Counted from the first letter of the stretch, positions 1 through 13,150 are shown. The stretch: 64,000 bases of DNA from Azolla caroliniana (GCA_043228905.1 JBHGNT010000021.1:12524001-12588000), one strand, 5' to 3'. A program made the numbers and translations. The notes: generated by a model from the letters alone, not told the origin.

Positions 1-3000
1 TACCATCAATCCGCTCATATTGAGCTCTTAGTGTAGTTATTAATGTGTGCCAGATTAGCTTAATTGATTCAGCTGGGGGGCGTTTGTGTGCTGGAAATAC
101 CCTAGTACACCTTGTTGTCCATATATACCATATAGTAATGGGGGCAAGCAACATCCAAAGATCTCCAAGTTTTTGATTCTGTGCACAAGTTGTAGGTACC
201 TTGTTGTCAGTGATCACCCGCACAATGCCATTCTCCCATATGTACTTAGCATCGCATGTGCTATCGTATTTCGCCACATCATCCTCAAGACAAATCTAGC
301 AAGCATGTCGCAAGTTGAGGGTGAACGAACTAGAGGCATACAACCACTCCCTCACGACATTCCCATAGACAATGGGAAATGCTTTCTATCTGTCCACAGG
401 CAATACATCTAGGGTCTACATTGGGGCCTTTACCCTACGTCGCTACCGGTAATGCTCTATGTGCAATAAATAAGCCATAAACACATCATTATCTTGCGGT
501 CATATCTGTCATGCCATATCATTTTCCAGAATTTATCTAGTCTCATTTCACTAATGCCCTCCTGTATCCAAAATTTCCTTGCTGCAATCTTGTCGTGTTC
601 TTGTTCTAGAATAATTTGCCTCCCAATCTTCGTGTTATACTTGAAAAATTGAACCAACTTTTCCCCATCAGTTCGTCCTTGAGTTCTCCAACAATACATC
701 GTTGGGTCCCATGATAACTGATCCAAATGCCCTTGTATAGGCCAACACACTGTCTCTGGTGTGATCTCCGTTGGCTTAGGGTCAATAATCATATTCTTGC
801 CATTTTTTTGCGGTTAGCCTAATCGGCCTTTCTCTTTGAAAGGCTGGTTGCTCAACTCTTACCATTTCGTGCTCTAGTTTGTAGTAGAATACCTCATTTG
901 ATTCTACTTTCATTCCCTTAATGCCAATTAAACAGTTCTCAACATCTATAAGTTCTATCCATGCAATTTCAGAGCTTGTTACTTCTTCCTCTTCCACGAT
1001 ATTCCTGTAGCATGCAATGGCATCTGTAATTCTCTTGAGCATGTCTTTACCCTTGGTTATTCTCCATATTCTAACCTTTTGAGTGCCTACCTCATTGGAC
1101 AAAAACCTCTCCCACTCCATTAATGCATTCCCTTGGGCATTGATTAACTCAACCCATTTGAAACCTGCTTTTTGGCCTATCATCAGCCCATCCATATCTC
1201 TAATCAATGGGTTCCATACAATTGGCATGTACATCCGCGCATATGCATAATTTCTCCACCTACATGTGATCCCCTTTCTGATTTCTTGCCATGCTTTCAT
1301 AATTCCAATAGCATAATGACTCTCCATACTTCCCCAATATTTGGGTCTCATTTCTGGCACAAAGCCCCAAAATTAGCTGCTTGGCCAACGTCCACCTTGT
1401 CTCGGCAACCACATCTTCCATCTACGTCGCCATAGAACTTTCCAAGGTGCCTTAGGAGGTTGTAGGTTCTTGACCACTAGTTTGCCTAGCAAGGCCTTCG
1501 TTTGCACCACGGGATCTATCAATCCCACCCCCCCTTCACTTTTCCTTTTTATAAGCATGGTCCAAGCAACCTTTGCACATGCTTGTTTTTCCTCCGTGCC
1601 CCCCCATAAGAAATTTATGATAATCCTTTTTATCAATTTCATCGACTTGGGCACGATTATCCAGCATACAACATCAATATGCCAAATAGTGGCCATTAGA
1701 ATCTGATTTGCAATCACAATCTTGCCCGCAAAGGATAGTTTTCTTGCATTCCACCATATTAACTTCGCTTTTATTTTGTCCACTAGTAGATTGTAATGTT
1801 CTACTCGATCAATGTCCATACCAATTTTGAAGCCCAAGTATCTAATAGCTTCTCCTTTCCTCAACCATCTAAAATTGGGGTCGGGGACCCAATTTAACAT
1901 GGGCTTATTACTGATCCAAATGCCCAGAGATTTATTCCAATTTATTTTAGCATCCGATCCCCTACAAAACTCATCAATTGCATTTTGCAATCTGTCCAAG
2001 TTGTGTGCATCACCTTTGACATAGGTCATTGTGTCATCAACATATGTCGTATCAAGCACCATACCTTCATCATCGGGCAAGGTAAGGCCTTGTATTTGCC
2101 AAGATGTATCAACAATTTGATAATGCAAAGCTTCTACTACAATGATGTATAAGTACGGGGCCAATGGACATCCTTGGCGTACCAAACGTAGCATCTTAAA
2201 GCTCTTCCCCATACTTCCAGCCATTAACACCTGGCTGGATGCACCTCTGTAAAAGGCACTCATTCCAAGGATCCATTGTTGTTCAAAGCCTAGGGCTGCC
2301 ATCACTGCTTCTAGGAAATCCCATGAAATCCTGTCATATGCTTTCTCGGAGTCGTGTAGCATTACTGCTAGGTCCACTTCTTGCTCCTCCATCCATGCTG
2401 AGTATTCCCAGAATGTTATCACATTGTCAACAATGCTCCGGTTTTCCAAGAAGCCAGTTTGTGTTGTATGTATAATGTCCCCAAGAACCATTTTCGATCT
2501 CTTGCTTACGACTTTGGCCATTATCTTATATGCATTGGTGAGAATCGTCAATGGTCTCCAATTATCAAATGATGTTAGGTCTTTACCAACCTTGGGTATT
2601 AAATAGATCATGCCTCTACACATTGTTGTGGGCATTAATCCTTCTACCATAATGTATTGCATCCCTGCCAACATGTCATCCTTAATTAGATCCCAATATT
2701 GGATGTAAAAGTATATAGGAAGTTCATCAATTCTTGCACAACTTTGTTTGGTCATATCCCCAATAACATCCCACAATTCATGCATACCTATAGGGGTATT
2801 TAGTTAGTCCATCATCTGAGTTGTAACTTTCCTTGGTATCCTATTTATTATATTTCTGAAGGCAACCTGATCAATCAGTTCCTCATTGCATACACTTAGT
2901 AGTTGAGTATAATAGCTTGTGGCTATTTCAAGCATTTCCTCTTTGCATGTGGTCATTGTGCCATCTATCTTTTTTAAGCATGAAGGTTGAATCCCGGATC

Positions 3001-3660
3001 CTTTGCATTTAACAGCTTCAAAAAATCCTTTAGTAACCTGATCTCCTACCCTCATCCAGCTTGTTGCCTTACTTCGATAGGCATAGGTACTTCTAAGTTT
3101 TTGGTACATCTCTAATTTGCTTTTGGACTCCTTTAGTCGAGCCTCAATCCATACATTATGTGGGTATAATTCTCTTAGTCATTGCATAGAAATGAGTGAC
3201 CATTGCATTCTGTGCATTTTCTCCCTTATCTCTTTTCTAATTTCAATCGCTTTATGTTGAGAAAAACCTGCACATGCCTCAAGTTTCCCAACCAGCCTAT
3301 GACCAGGGTCAAGGTACCTCCATTTGATATTACACCATATTTTCCGTATATCATTGGTCCATTTAGTATCCATAACCAATTCCTTGCACACCTTCACATT
3401 ATGTGGCTTGCATCGATTGTTTTCTTGTATGTGCAATAGAACTGGGGCATGATCAGAGAACATTGTACTTGGACAAATAATGCATCTGCCTTTCCTATCC
3501 ATGAGTTGAGGGTCCAAATACCATCTGTCCAACTTGGACATCGTCCGCCCATGCACACTTCCTCCTACTCTAGAGTATCAAAGAGAGTTTTCTTTTTGCA
3601 TTTGAAAGTTAGGTCTATAGAAATCTCCCTTAGTTTGGGTCATCCTCCACCTCATTGATA
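1..3660 (-). mobile_element. Degenerate L1-clade LINE ORF2 (endonuclease C-terminus, RT, zf-RVT), running off the left edge of the window
   Basis: Successive minus-strand ORF pieces: APE end (SKLDRWYL..SDHAPVLL, 3179-3556), RT (1373-2785), and a CCHC zf-RVT read manually at about 350-420 (CIACGQIESISHCLWEC) followed by LLAPITIWYIWTTRCTRVF at about 85-150. Broken by stops and frameshifts. Confidence 0.9.
1373..2785 (-). pseudogene. LINE reverse transcriptase domain fragment
   Basis: Non-LTR RT motifs NWRPLTILTNAYKIMAK, QTGFLENRSIVDN, EKAYDRISWDFL, RQGCPLAPYLY, YVDD, RYLGF. Confidence 0.9.
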
Positions 3661-3984
3661 CCCTAATGGCACTTCCCTTAGTGCACATGAGAGTGTCAAT
3701 GCACTCGACTAGGAGGAATGTTAATTATCCCGTGGACATCTCACCCTTGAAGCTACAGTTCGGGGATTCACTTAAGACGCCTTATAGAAATAAGGCCTAA
3801 CATTGTAAGGGCTACAAAAGTAATATATATATAAACCTTTATACCTTCCCATGTAAAAAAGGGACAAATTTGAGCATTAGTAAAATAAGGAAGAACTACA
3901 ACGATAAAACTATAAACCCTAAACATATCTCCCTAAAGCTAAAGCGTAAGTATATCTCTCTCTCATAGATGGAATGAGTGTGCT

Positions 3985-4450
3985 ACTCGCTTCCTAGTGG
4001 TGGCAAAGGGAGCATATTATGCATTTGGGAACATATGCAACCATGTTGATATTAAGTGGTGGGTCCTCAATAAATACCTTTACAATACTTTGGTTATACT
4101 AATGCTTCTCTATGTGATAGAAGTATGGGGAAGCATTATCCTGTCTAAAAACATTTTCTTACAAAGTTTCTCGATGCCAAGAAACAAATGTCATACACCC
4201 TTCTTACAAGACTCCATAGGAAGCAAGAAAAAAGATCCAAAAAGACATGCAAAATTTTGGTGTTCCAATTGGATGCAAAATATGGAAAAATGGTTTTGAA
4301 GATGAGACGCAACACACTTGCTCTGCATATTATATTCCATCTTGGTGGCTATCGTCCAAACCATTGTTTCCATGCGACTTAGCTCATACTCACTAAGATG
4401 TGAGATAAAATGTTGGGGTACAAGCGATGAAAATAATCCACTATGCATGT
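3985..4450 (+). mobile_element. Degenerate RTE-like LINE 3' fragment
   Basis: KYLYNTLVILMLLYVIEVWG and KHFLTKFLDAKKQMSYT resemble the post-RT region of plant RTE elements (LFDxLVxPVLLYGxEVWG). Heavily decayed. Confidence 0.55.
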
Positions 4451-4764
4451 TATCCCCTAAACAAGTTTAGGAGTATGAGTATCTCATTTTGATACAACGT
4501 TCAACATTTGATCACATCTAACTATGCTTTCCACATATCATTGACCAAACCCAATCCTTGCATGAATTTCTCTCATAGTTATTGTGTGCACTCTTGATTG
4601 TGCCATTTATTGATAAAGTTCTTGAACATTGTGAGCTATTGTCGTGATGTGGTGGGTCCAAAGATGAAATATAAAGAAAAGAGAGTTGCAAAAAGTAGCT
4701 TAATATGTAAATATAATTTGTCAATGACCTCATGGTTAAGGCTTTTGATTATGTGGGATGTTAC

Positions 4765-6887
4765 CTTTATGGTCTGAAGCAAGCCCCTTGAGCTTGGAAT
4801 GCGAAGATCACAAACCAGTTGTGTAAGATGGGGTTTGCGGCCTCAAAGTCTGACTATTCATTGTTCATCCAGAACGGTCCGGTTTGCATTTTGCTTTATG
4901 TAGATGATTTAGTCATCACCGGACCCGAACTCGATGAAATCGGTAGAGGGAAGTCCCAATAGTCGGACGCATTTGAAATGAAGGACTTGGGGGACCTTCA
5001 TTATTTTCTTGGGATCGAGGTGATCCGGACCCCCGATGGCATATTGCTCTCACAATGCCATTAGGTGTTGAATATGTTGTACAAGTTCAACGTGACTGAA
5101 TGCCGACCGATCTCAACACCCTTGGACCAGAACGTAAAGCTACGTCCCGACTCTGGCCTGACCTGCGATGAGAAACGGTTCCGACAAACTGTCGAAAGCC
5201 TCATATACTTGACAATCACTAGTCCCGACATCAGTTACCCGGTCGGAGTGATCAGCCAGTTCATGCAGAAGCCGACCGTTGAACACCTTCAGTGCGCACA
5301 ACGGATACTCCGATATGTTAGCGGCACGAAGGACTGGGGACTGTTATACCGACATGGTATAACTGGAAAGCTAGTCAGATATACCGATGCTGACTGGGCT
5401 GGTGATGCATCGGATCGCCGATCCACCTCCGGTTACATGTTTTCTCTAGGTAGCGCAACTGTTGCGTGGAGCAGCAAAAAGCAGTCGACAGTGGCTCTGT
5501 CGAGCATTGAGGCTGAGTACCGAGGCGCTACCAATGCCACCTGTGAAGCCATCTGACTTCAGTGATTGCTGCGAGACCTTCGGATCGAGGTGCCTACCCT
5601 GATCCTGATTTATTGTGACAACGTAAGCAACATACAACTCGCCAAGAACCCGGTATTCCATGCTCGGACAAAGCACATAGAAGTGCATTATCACTTTGTT
5701 CGCGAGCAGATCCTGAGCGGTGAAGTTGAACTTCGGTATGTTCACACATATCGGCAGGTTGCTGACATCTTCCCTAAGTTGCTCGGATCGGACAAGTTGC
5801 AACATTTTTCGGAGATGCTCGACATTCAGTGTCTCGACGTGCCGCACTTGAGGGGGAGAACAGGAATGGGAACGAATGGCATAGGACAAGGAGCTGGAGA
5901 GGAAGAAAGCACCAAGGCGGGAGACGAGTAGATAAAGGAAGCCGAGCCGACCAAAGGAGTTGGCACATCCGAACAAGGCGGAGCAAGTAGCAGCGGCGAC
6001 AGAGTCAAGAAGGATAGAGCCGACCGGAAGAAGGCCAAGACCCAGACGTGGTCTGATGTGGTGAAGGTCCTAAAAACGAAAGACGAGTTGGAGACTACCA
6101 ACTCGGACAAGAGTTGGAACGAATCGGAGGAAGCCGATTCGGTTCAAGATTCAGAGAAGCCGGAACAACTAAAGGCCAAGCGGACGAGAAGGCAGTGGAA
6201 GTCGACACCGACATGGAGGAACCGATGGATCGACAAGCATCGGAGTCATAGCAACGAAGGAGCTGAAATGGCCCTTTTGAGGAGACAAGCCGACCAAGGA
6301 GGTCGAGGTGCGCAGTGCCGGACGGGTCGCGGGAAGCGGAACCAGACCGAACGAGGAGCGCGAGCAAGGCGGGAGGATGTCAGAAGGAGCCAGAGGAAAG
6401 GACCGGCTACTGTAGACACAAACACCACGATCCGACCTCAAGTTGAGCTTGAGGGGGAGTGTTGAGCGAGCAAGCTCAACCGGACCGGGATCAGTTGAAT
6501 AAGCCAGAGCCGGATCGATGTCCGGATCGGTGTCTAGATGATATATTTGGAACTAGGAGACCCGTTAGAGGCCTATGGATACAACCTAGTACGTAGGCAT
6601 ATTTTTGGGAGTCAGTGATAGTCGCTCATGTGAGCATTGAAGTACTTGTCAATACTTCTGTCAGTCCTTTATGGACTTGTATAAAAGTGCTCTATGAGCA
6701 CATTCTATGTACACAGAATATTGAGAGTATAATTTTGAATTGAGTTGTTGTTCTGCTCTCTCTCTCTCTCTCTCTCTCTCTCCCATGCGTATTCTTTGTG
6801 TTAAGTTCTCCATTAAACCTTTTCTCATTTTTTGTTGCTATTCGGCTGAGCTAGTTTGTCAAACGCTTCCGCACGCTAACTTTCACA
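4765..6887 (+). mobile_element. 5'-truncated Ty1/copia element (RT C-half, RNase H, charged extension, PPT, 3' LTR); copy A
   Basis: LYGLKQAP, LYVDD, YTDADWAG, SSIEAEY, CDN and HARTKHIEVHYHF motifs with in-frame stops. PPT GAGGGGGAG at 6451-6459, followed by a TG..CA LTR. Confidence 0.93.
6460..6887 (+). repeat. 3' LTR of copia A
   Basis: TGTTGAGCG...TTTCACA. Homologous to the LTRs at 17353-17738 and 49344-49764 (shared TGTATAAAAGTG, CT tract, CTTCCGCACG end). Confidence 0.85.
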
Positions 6888-7771
6888 ATATCCCTTTACT
6901 GAATATTGTTCAAATTCTAACGAAATTGATGCTTGGGCGCGCCCGTGTTGGTTGCAAAAATCTTAATGAGGTTGTCGTAGGCTTCTTTTGGCGTTTTGGT
7001 CTCTCGAATGTAGCCAACCATGTGATCATAAATACATGATGCTAGGAAGTACAGCACGCGACTCGCCGCTTGGTCCCATGTTGGGTAGTTGGCATGTGTC
7101 GAGTTGGGTTGATTTTCTTGAGGTCATGCAATGTAACTCCACCAGGCTTGGCCGACAATGTATTGGTGCATCTTCTATTCCCAAGATGCAAAGTTTGATC
7201 TGTCGAGTTTCTTGGTAGGATGGGCGCGTCCCATCCGAGTGTTTATGGCATCGTTTTTCTTCTCCGTTGTTGAGCCGGTTCTGTTTGATCGTCGGCGTGT
7301 GACACAAGACAGTTGAGTGAGTTTTGATGAGATTACCACACACCTCTAATACCATGTAAAGAAAAGGAGAGTGTAGGTGATCTTGTGCACAGGAAGGAAA
7401 TGTGTGTGCAAGACAAATGTGATAGATAAATTCTATTATCGTCTTCAGAGGTCAAATATGACATATGAGACCAAAAATATTACATTTCACGTGATACGTG
7501 TGAAAGTGAGTAGCGACTCTCGATGTTCAAGAAAGAGAGTGTGTGTCTGTGTGTGTGTGAGTGAATGAACTTAGAGATAAGCAGAACAAGAAGTTGTATT
7601 AGCAATATAGAAATACATCCAATAGTAACTTGGTTACAAAATAGTTGGTTTAAATACCAACTAACTTAGGGCAACTGCCTTTCTACTATTTACAAAACTA
7701 GCCTAAACCTAGAGTGTCCATTGCTAGTGTAAAAACCATTCCATTGGGGAAGTTGGGTTTGACTCTCAAGA
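6888..7771 (-). mobile_element. Old copia remnant: 5' LTR (7355-~7771), tRNA-iMet PBS (7344-7354), gag fragment
   Basis: Minus-strand TGGTATTAGAG abuts the LTR. The LTR shares motifs with 21029-21305 and 25761-26051 (GTTGGTTTAAATACCAACTA). Gag peptide EAYDNLIKIFATNT resembles the gag at 25.3 kb. Confidence 0.75.
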
Positions 7772-9879
7772 GAAGTATTCTAGTTAAAATTTATAATTCT
7801 TCATGTGCTCTACGCTTGGTTATCTCATGGCATGAACGTGTCAAATCTTGTATCGATGCCACCATCTAATTAAGAGAATTCTAATTCCTTGGGAAAGGAG
7901 TTGCTCATATCTTCACGATTATTATGTGGCATTGGAAAGGAGAGGCAACATTCTTAATTTAATCATTTGTATTGTTTGGAAGTTAGACATGAGGCTTGAC
8001 CTTAAAGAGTTGGTGACTTTGTTAAGGTTTTACACATCCCATCCAATTATGAATTCATTTGGCAGCAAGTATAGTGCATAACATTGATGGGGGGTCCTCT
8101 ATCTATGACAATCAAAGAGAAATCATGAATTGGTTGGCATTTATGAGACCAAACTTTGTTTTTTAGGAGTGAGTACTAACATTTTGTACCATTGCTTCAT
8201 TTTGTCTCTTTGATTGCTACCATCCAAGGCTGAATAAAATGCAAGGTAGATAATTCGGATTATGAATTATAATAGAGCTTGAAAATTAGTTGGCATTCTA
8301 AATTGTCACTCTTGACAAAGGTTCTCATTTCGAAAATATTGATTCAAGGTTTACAATTGGTATTATCTCTAAAGAGACATGGAATAGCGACAAGAAATTG
8401 CTTCTTTGCATTATTCAAGGGGAAAATAATACTAGTTTCTAAGCTATGAAATTTGGGGTTACATTTCTCTGATTCGACAAGTTTTGTCATGTTGTTATTT
8501 AACATGAAGATAGTATCACTTCATATTTAGGATATGCATAATGCTTTTGTATTTGATGGTAGGCATAAAGTTAGAGCATATCTTTGAATGTCCAAGGGAG
8601 CCTGGGCATGATAATTCTCTCCTCGATTGAGCGTTTGTCTTGCCTATTGATGATTTAATGTACCCAACTACTTGTATAGCAGTAACGTCAATAAGTAATA
8701 ACATCATTCTTGTGTTTTACATACACATTTACGAATATAATTGTATATTTTTGTGTTGTAAAAATGGAGATTGTAATAGGTAAGAAAGAGCTAGAAAATG
8801 TGTTATAAAGGGTGGAAATTTGAAAATATGGCGAGAGAGAAAGAAGCAATTCTAAAAGAAATAAATACACGTGGAAAAAGTGTGAGGAAGAAAATGCGTG
8901 TTGTAAAATGTGAAGCTATAACAAGTAAGATTAGAAAATGGATATGAGAGAACACGTGCTATAAAACATGGAGACTAGAATAGGTGAGACATAAAGAGAA
9001 AGAACACATTGTCATGATGTGGCGTGCTCGAGGGTGGGAAAAATCGGCAAAAGGGGGGGTCAAAATTTGCATGTGCAATGTGTGTGCACACAAAGGCAAT
9101 TAATTGTGCATATGCAAAATAAAAAGGAAAAGAAAGGGTGGAAAGGGGGTATAGGAGCTCGTGCAAAAAGTAAGAGAGAGGAGAAATAAAAGGTAGAGGG
9201 GAGACAGACTATTAATTTATAGAGATAGAATTATATATTGTAAAAGAGAGAGTTAGTGGGCTAGTGGATAGTCACATTGACTGCTACCCAGAGGTGCACG
9301 GTTTGAATCTAGTCTTACATTGCAACATGATTTAAGGAATTTTATTCCTTTTTCATTGAAGACAAATTTGGCGACCCCCCCCCTTTTTTTTTCCTATAAA
9401 AGGAGGTTGAGGGGGGCTCATTCGGGACGACGTTTTGGGAGGAGGAGACTATTGCCAATTTTCCTTCGAAGCTCTTTATCTCCTTATTCACCACTTTTCT
9501 TCATCTCATACCCCTTCATCCCCCCATCGCCACGTGCTCGTCTTATTCGCATCGGCACTCGAAGTGCTCGTGAGCCCAAGCTTCGTTGGTTCGACGTTGC
9601 TCCGCCCCGTTCGTCGTTGCGAGCCTGTGTGCTCGCCGTTCGGGTGGTCGTGGTTCGTTGGGATTGGCATTTTGGTGGTGCTCGTGTGTTCATCTTCGCC
9701 GTGTTCGGTTTTGCCTTGTCTCTAAGGGCATTTAATATTTATGTTTTGATTGAGCTTGTGGTTAACTATAAGTGGCCATTGTAAACAAACCCCTATTTTA
9801 TAAAGGGTCCTCTTGCGTTAGAATCGAACACGTATTTAACTCTTTGGTCAATATCATTCGTGTTTCTTTCTCTCCTTCT

Positions 9880-10715
9880 TTCTTTATTTGTGTCTTTCTT
9901 GTACGTTCAGCCATCTTGTGACGAGGGGACCGTTCGGGCGTGCCCATGCACCTCTCCTCCTCATAAAGACGTACGAGCATTTGTATGTGTGTTTGTGTCT
10001 TCCTTGTACGTTCGGCCGTCTTGTGACAAGGGGACTGTTCAGGCTTGCCCATGCACCTCTCCTCCTCATAAAGGCGTATGAGCATTTTGTGCGTGTGTTT
10101 GTGTCTTCCTTGTACGTTCGGCCGTCTTGTGACGAGGGGACCGTTCGGGCTTGCCCATGCACCTCTCCTCCTCATAAAGGCATACGAGCATTTTGTGCAT
10201 GTGTTTTGTGTCTTCCTCGTACGTTCGACGTCTTGTGACGAGGGAGCGTTCGGGCACGCCCATGCACCTCTCCTCCTCATAAAGACGTACGAGCATTTGT
10301 GTGTGTTTGTGTCTTCCTTGTACGTTCGGCCGTGTTGTGATGAGGGGACCGTTCGGGCTTGCCCGTGCACCTCTCCTCCTCATAAAGGCATACGAGCATT
10401 TTGTGCATGTGTTTTGTGTCTTCCTCGTACGTTCGACGTCTTGTGACGAGGGAGCGTTCGAGCGCGCCCATGCACCTCTCCTCCTCATAAAGACGTACGA
10501 GCATTTGTGTGTGTTTGTGTCTTCCTTGTACATTCGGCCGTGTTGTGATGAGGGGACCGTTCGGGCTTGCCCGTGCACCTCTCCTCCTCATAAAGGCATA
10601 CGAGCATTTTGTGCATGTGTTTTGTGTCTTCCTCGTACGTTCGACGTCTTGTGACGAGGGAGCGTTTGGGCGCGCCCACGCACCTCTCCTCCTCATAAAG
10701 ACGTACGGACATTCG
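9880..10715. repeat. ~104-bp tandem array, 8 units, with a 208-bp higher-order dimer
   Basis: CTCCTCATAAAG recurs at about 9961, 10066, 10172, 10277, 10380, 10485, 10588 and 10693; variants AAGACGTACGAG and AAGGCATACGAG alternate. Confidence 0.95.
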
Positions 10716-10816
10716 TGTTTGTGTTATCGTCCCTTTGTGCGTTCATGTTGCGTGCTCATCTTGCTTGTACTCGTTTGGTCACTTGGCTCGTACGGTGATC
10801 GCGGAAGGTCGACGAG

Positions 10817-11367
10817 TCGTGATCAACGAGAGCCACCGGCCTCACAAAACAAAGGGCAACGAGACCTTGCTCGGGAAGGGGTCGGGAAGTAGTATTGTCG
10901 TAAAGCAAACCTCGGGTCTTCTCTATCCCTTGAGTACTCCCTAGTCCGAGACCCCCGTGGTCCCGCCCAAGTAACACACGTGCGCGAAACAAATTGGTAT
11001 TCGTGATCAACGAGAGCCACCGGCCTCACAAAACAAAGGGCAACGAGACCTTGCTCGGGAAGGGGTCGGGAAGTAGTATTGTCTTAAAGCAAACCTCGGG
11101 TCTTCTCTATCCCTTGAGTACTCCCTAGTCCGAGACCCCCGTGGTCCCGCCCAAGTAACACACGTGCGCGAAACAAATTGGTATTCGTGATCAACGAGAG
11201 CCACCGGCCTCACAAAACAAAGGGCAACGAGACCTTGCTCGGGAAGGGGTCGGGAAGTAGTTTTGTCGTAAAGCAAACCTCGGGTCTTCTCTATCCCTTG
11301 AGTACTCCCTAGTCCGAGACCCCCGTGGTCCCGCCCAAGTAACACACGTTCGCGAAATTTCGCGACA
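10817..11367. repeat. 184-bp tandem triplication of the LTR U5 end
   Basis: TCGTGATCAACGAGAGCC starts at 10817, 11001 and 11185; units are near-identical. A further 1.5 units lie at 13150-13433. Confidence 0.95.
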
Positions 11368-11372
11368 TAAAT

Positions 11373-11390
11373 TGGTGAACCCAACGTGAA
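11373..11390 (+). promoter_or_regulatory. Primer-binding site complementary to tRNA-Trp
   Basis: TGGTGAACCCAACGTGAA is a 17/18 match to the reverse complement of the plant tRNA-Trp 3' end (TTCACGTCGGGTTCACCA). A perfect copy is at 60028. Confidence 0.85.
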
Positions 11391-11412
11391 AGGGCGGCAA
11401 GGGAGAACCAAG

Positions 11413-13150
11413 ATGCGAGGAGGAGAACTCACTAAAGCGATGGCGGCGGCGGTGAACCGCTTGGTAAATGCTCGAGAAGGCATCACCGGCCTAGACCGGG
11501 CCATAGAGACGGTGGTTAGCATAACGGGTCGGTTCAATGGAAGAGATATTACGAGCTACTTGGATTCCTATAAGGCCGAAATGCTTATGCGAAACGTCCC
11601 CGAAGATAGGCGGCTAACTGGATTCGCTAGAGTGGTAACGCCGAGTATCCACGCAGAGGTACTCGAGATCCAAGCGGACTGTTGCAATTGGGTGGAGTTC
11701 GAAGAAAGACTTCTTGAGAAGTACGGCCTTGATGACTCACTCAGAATTTCGAAAAGGGATCTAATGGAGTGGGTTGAGCTTCCCGGCAAGGGGAGAAATA
11801 CTATGGTACTTTTACAAGAATTTGAGAAGCGCTTCGTGCGACTCTCGACGCTCGATAGGATGGTGCTTGACACAAGCAAGGTGCTACTATTCATAAAGAC
11901 TGTTGATGCACGAGACCGAGAGAAGGTGGGGTTCCTCCTCGAAACTGATGATGGGCTCACGACGGATTGGGCTGTGGTAAAATGGGTTTGTAGCCGCTTC
12001 GATAAGAGAAGTGAATGGAATGACGGGTCTCCGTTGAGCGGCCAAACATCCATAGGCTCCATTAGTGAGACACACGAACCCAAGGGTGGTAGAATACCTC
12101 AAGAAAGAGAGCAAGCAAATGCAAGGTTCATCCCCGAGAGAAACGTGGTTGAAGCACCGTCGGGAGGGTCAGCAATAGACGAGCTCACAAAGATGGTGTG
12201 AGATCTCCAAATAGCGCAAGCTAGGAGAGAGAGTGGCGGCCCTCAAGATCGACATCCCCTGTTCGCGCAAAGATGTATGTGGTGCGACAACCCCGACCAC
12301 CTACGAAGGGAGTGTGGAGAGTTTCAAGAGGCCCTAAGAAAGGATATTGTCTATCTTTGGAACAATAGGGTCTATTCGACGGACACAAGGTGCCCCTTGG
12401 GATTGAATCAAGGCCGAGGGGGCATGAGAAGGCTAATGGAGGAGACCGAAGCACGACATGTTGAAGCCGTCCACTACTCGGCGTCGGCTGGGATCCGAGT
12501 GGGGAAAGAGGTGAGGAGGCAAGAGGAGAAAGAGTTTGACTTTTGGCCGTCAATCCTTGGAAGCCTCTCTAAGGGGAAGTTCCAAAGAGAAGAAGCAGAC
12601 GAGGCGGAAAGAAGGGTCCAAGAAGCAACCGGGTGGAAGGATCCGGTGGAAGAAAAGACAGGCTTAGTGGAAGCCGCTTGCCAAAACTACGAAGTAATGG
12701 TAGAAGAGAAGAAGGTAGGAAATGACGAGGGAGCCGGTCCATCAAGGAAATACGACGCTCGAGGTGCACGGAGAAGGGAAGAGCCGAACCAGTCTCAAGC
12801 ATGCGACGAAAGATGGAAAGAGAAGGGAAACCCCCCCAACTTCAAGCTTTGCTCGGAGATCTAACAAGCAACAGACTTGAAGAAGGTAGTGGAGGAGAGG
12901 ATCCTCGATAGTCGCGTAGAGTTTACTCTGCGAGAGGTCCTCGGAATTGCCAAGAAAGAATTCCACGAGGTCATCATCGACCTAATGAAGAGGAAGCGGC
13001 TCTCAACGGAGCAAGAAGTGGCAAAACCCGCGATTGTAAATGCATTGTCAACTGAGGTCCCCGAGGAAGACGAAGACTATGCAGACAGTCACTACACGAG
13101 GCCGCATTGGGCAAGAGCAACAACGGAGACACCGGTACGGGTCGGAGATG
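11413..13150 (+). pseudogene. Gypsy gag up to the pre-protease region, with in-frame stops
   Basis: Collinear ORFs 11386-12201, 12277-12864 and 12877-13150 in one frame; CX2CX4HX4C knuckle; homologous to 60235-62020. Confidence 0.85.

Larger units (their letters stand above)
9010..11367 (+). repeat. Unusually long (~2.36 kb) 5' LTR containing two tandem arrays
   Basis: TATA-like CTATAAAAGG at about 9394; ends CGCGACA 5 nt before the PBS; its U5 sequence recurs at 13150-13433. Confidence 0.72.

Noticed and set aside
8075-8300. Possible gypsy protease remnant (IDGGSS..DYEL)
   Set aside because: Too decayed; no LTR, PBS or flanking domains to support it.
9798-11537. Repetitive ORFs and a CRISPR-like appearance of the 104-bp and 184-bp arrays
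   Set aside because: Units are contiguous with no unique spacers, there are no cas genes, and the context is a eukaryotic LTR. The ORFs simply follow the repeat period.
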